DNA of 64,000 bases. It comes from Amphiscolops sp. MND2022. Its lineage: Eukaryota. Below the pieces are notes generated by a model. The model saw nothing but the letters and a program-made list of their open reading frames with translations. It had not been told where the DNA came from and did no database searches. Positions within the stretch are counted from its first letter, which is position 1. Each line of letters starts with the position of its first letter. Where the stretch lies: positions 434,001 to 498,000 of the forward strand of contig CAXLNC010000509.1 in the NCBI GenBank assembly GCA_964187785.1, given 5' to 3'. The translations under genes were made by a program, and so were the position numbers. Below, one piece after another: positions 62,600-64,000 of this stretch.

Positions 62600-64000
62600 T
62601 TTTCATTCATAAAAGTTTCAATTTGATTTTGTTCAAAAATCGTTGAGGAAAATTTGGATATTCAGAGGTGTAAGATTTTCTCGACTGCATTTTTTGTCTA
62701 CTAACTGGCGTGTACTAGTTTTAATCGGGCGAGTTCCCAAAAAGCAAAGTTTTGGACAATTTCAGTTTCATTTTAAATCGAAGTTTGTTGAGGAAAGTTT
62801 GAAAAATCAAATATGTCAGTATATCTTTCCCCTTTTCCATTCATAAAAATTTCAATTTGATTTTGTTCAGAATTCGTTGAGGAAAATTTGGATATTCAGA
62901 GGTGTCAGATTTTCTCGACTGCATTTTTTTACTAACTGGGGGTTGTCATCGGGTGAAATCCCAAAAAGCAATCGTTCGGAAAATTTCAATTTCAGTATAA
63001 ATCGAAATTCATTGAGGAAAGTTTGAAAAATCAAATATGTCAGTAAATCTTGCCTTTTTTCATTCATAAAAGTTTCAATTTGATTTTATTCAAATTTCGT
63101 TGAGGAAAATTTGGACATTCAGAGGTGTCAGATTTTCTCGACTGCATTTTTTTACCAACTGGGGGTTGTCATCAGGTGAAATCCCAAAAAGCAATCGTTC
63201 GGAAAATTTCAATTTGAGTTTAAATCGAAATTCTTTGAGGAAAGTTTGAAAAATCTAATAAGTCAGTATATCTTGCCCCTTTTCCATTCATAAAAGTTTC
63301 AATTTGTTTTTATTCAAATTTCGTTGGGGAAAATTTGGACATTCAGAGGTGTAAGATTTTCTCGACTGCATTTTTTGTCTACTAACTGGCGTGTACTAGT
63401 TTTAATCGGGCGATTTCCCAAAAAGCAAAGTTTTGGACAATTTCAGTTTCATTTTAAATCGAAGTTTGTTGAGGAAAGTTTGAAAAATCAAATATGTCAG
63501 TATATCTTTCCCCTTTTCCATTCATAAAAATTTCAATTTGATTTTGTTCAGAATTCGTTGAGGAAAATTTGGATATTCAGAGGTGTCAGATTTTCTCGAC
63601 TGCATTTTTTTTACTAAATGGGGGTTGTCATCGGGTGAAATCCCAAAAAGCAATCGTTCGGAAAATTTCAATTTCAGTATAAATCGAAATTCATTGAGGA
63701 AAGTTTGAAAAATCAAATATGTCAGTAAATCTTGCCTTTTTTCATTCATAAAAGTTTCAATTTGATTTTATTCAAATTTCGTTGAGGAAAATTTGGACAT
63801 TCAGAGATGTCAGATTTTCTCGACTGCATTTTTCGTCTGCTAACTGGCGTGTACTAGTTTTAATCGGGTGAGTTCCCAAAAAGCAAAATTTTGGACAATT
63901 TCAGTTTCATTTCACATCGAAATTCGTTGAGGAAAGTTTGAAAAATCTAATAAGTCAGTATATCTTGCCCCTTTTCCATTCATAAAAATTTCAATTTGAT
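62600..64000. repeat. 3-monomer HOR (~682 bp) in a distinct monomer variant
   Basis: Duplicated spurious ORFs offset by 681-682 (62643/63324; 63067/63749). Variant motifs CTCGACTGCA and CATAAAA. Confidence 0.75.

Larger units (their letters stand above)
35198..64000. repeat. Satellite array of ~233-bp monomers (~120 copies) with local higher-order repeats
   Basis: TCAGAAGATC anchor recurs at 44175, 44410, 44643, 44874 and 45105 (spacing 231-235). Uninterrupted to the end of the window. Confidence 0.97.

Noticed and set aside
35207-63749. Dozens of 60-115 aa ORFs in the satellite, some recurring (e.g. MQKILVTSEF...)
   Set aside because: They are translations of tandem repeat monomers. Their recurrence only reports HOR periodicity.

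Overview
AT-rich eukaryotic window; the host cannot be assigned from the sequence alone. A ~233-bp satellite array (1-671 and 35198-64000) is interrupted by two nested, decayed Ty3/gypsy-type LTR retroelements, both on the minus strand. Element A spans 672-35197 (4-bp TSD GAGT, ~13.6 kb of its own sequence, integrase deleted). Element B spans 10532-31470 (TSD ATAG), sits inside the gag of A, and is ~18.5 kb after removing a 2.4-kb insert at 12354-14777. Hand alignment of A against B reveals a complex, retrovirus-like genome plan. In sense order it runs: 5' LTR (TG...TA ends), PBS, an array of structured ~52-nt repeats, three conserved small ORFs absent or misread in the ORF track (two single-TM peptides, and one whose stop overlaps the gag start as TAATG), long gag with a CCHC knuckle and RS-rich tail, PR-RT-RH-IN, a low-complexity accessory ORF, an env resembling class III (chuvirus G / herpes gB-like) fusion proteins with a ~200-aa cytoplasmic tail, two more accessory ORFs, a non-purine site in place of the PPT, and the 3' LTR. 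The satellite has a homogenised core of successive higher-order repeats (5-mer/10-mer, 2-mer, 4-mer) flanked on both sides by related older monomer blocks. All alignments were done by eye and no database searches were run.
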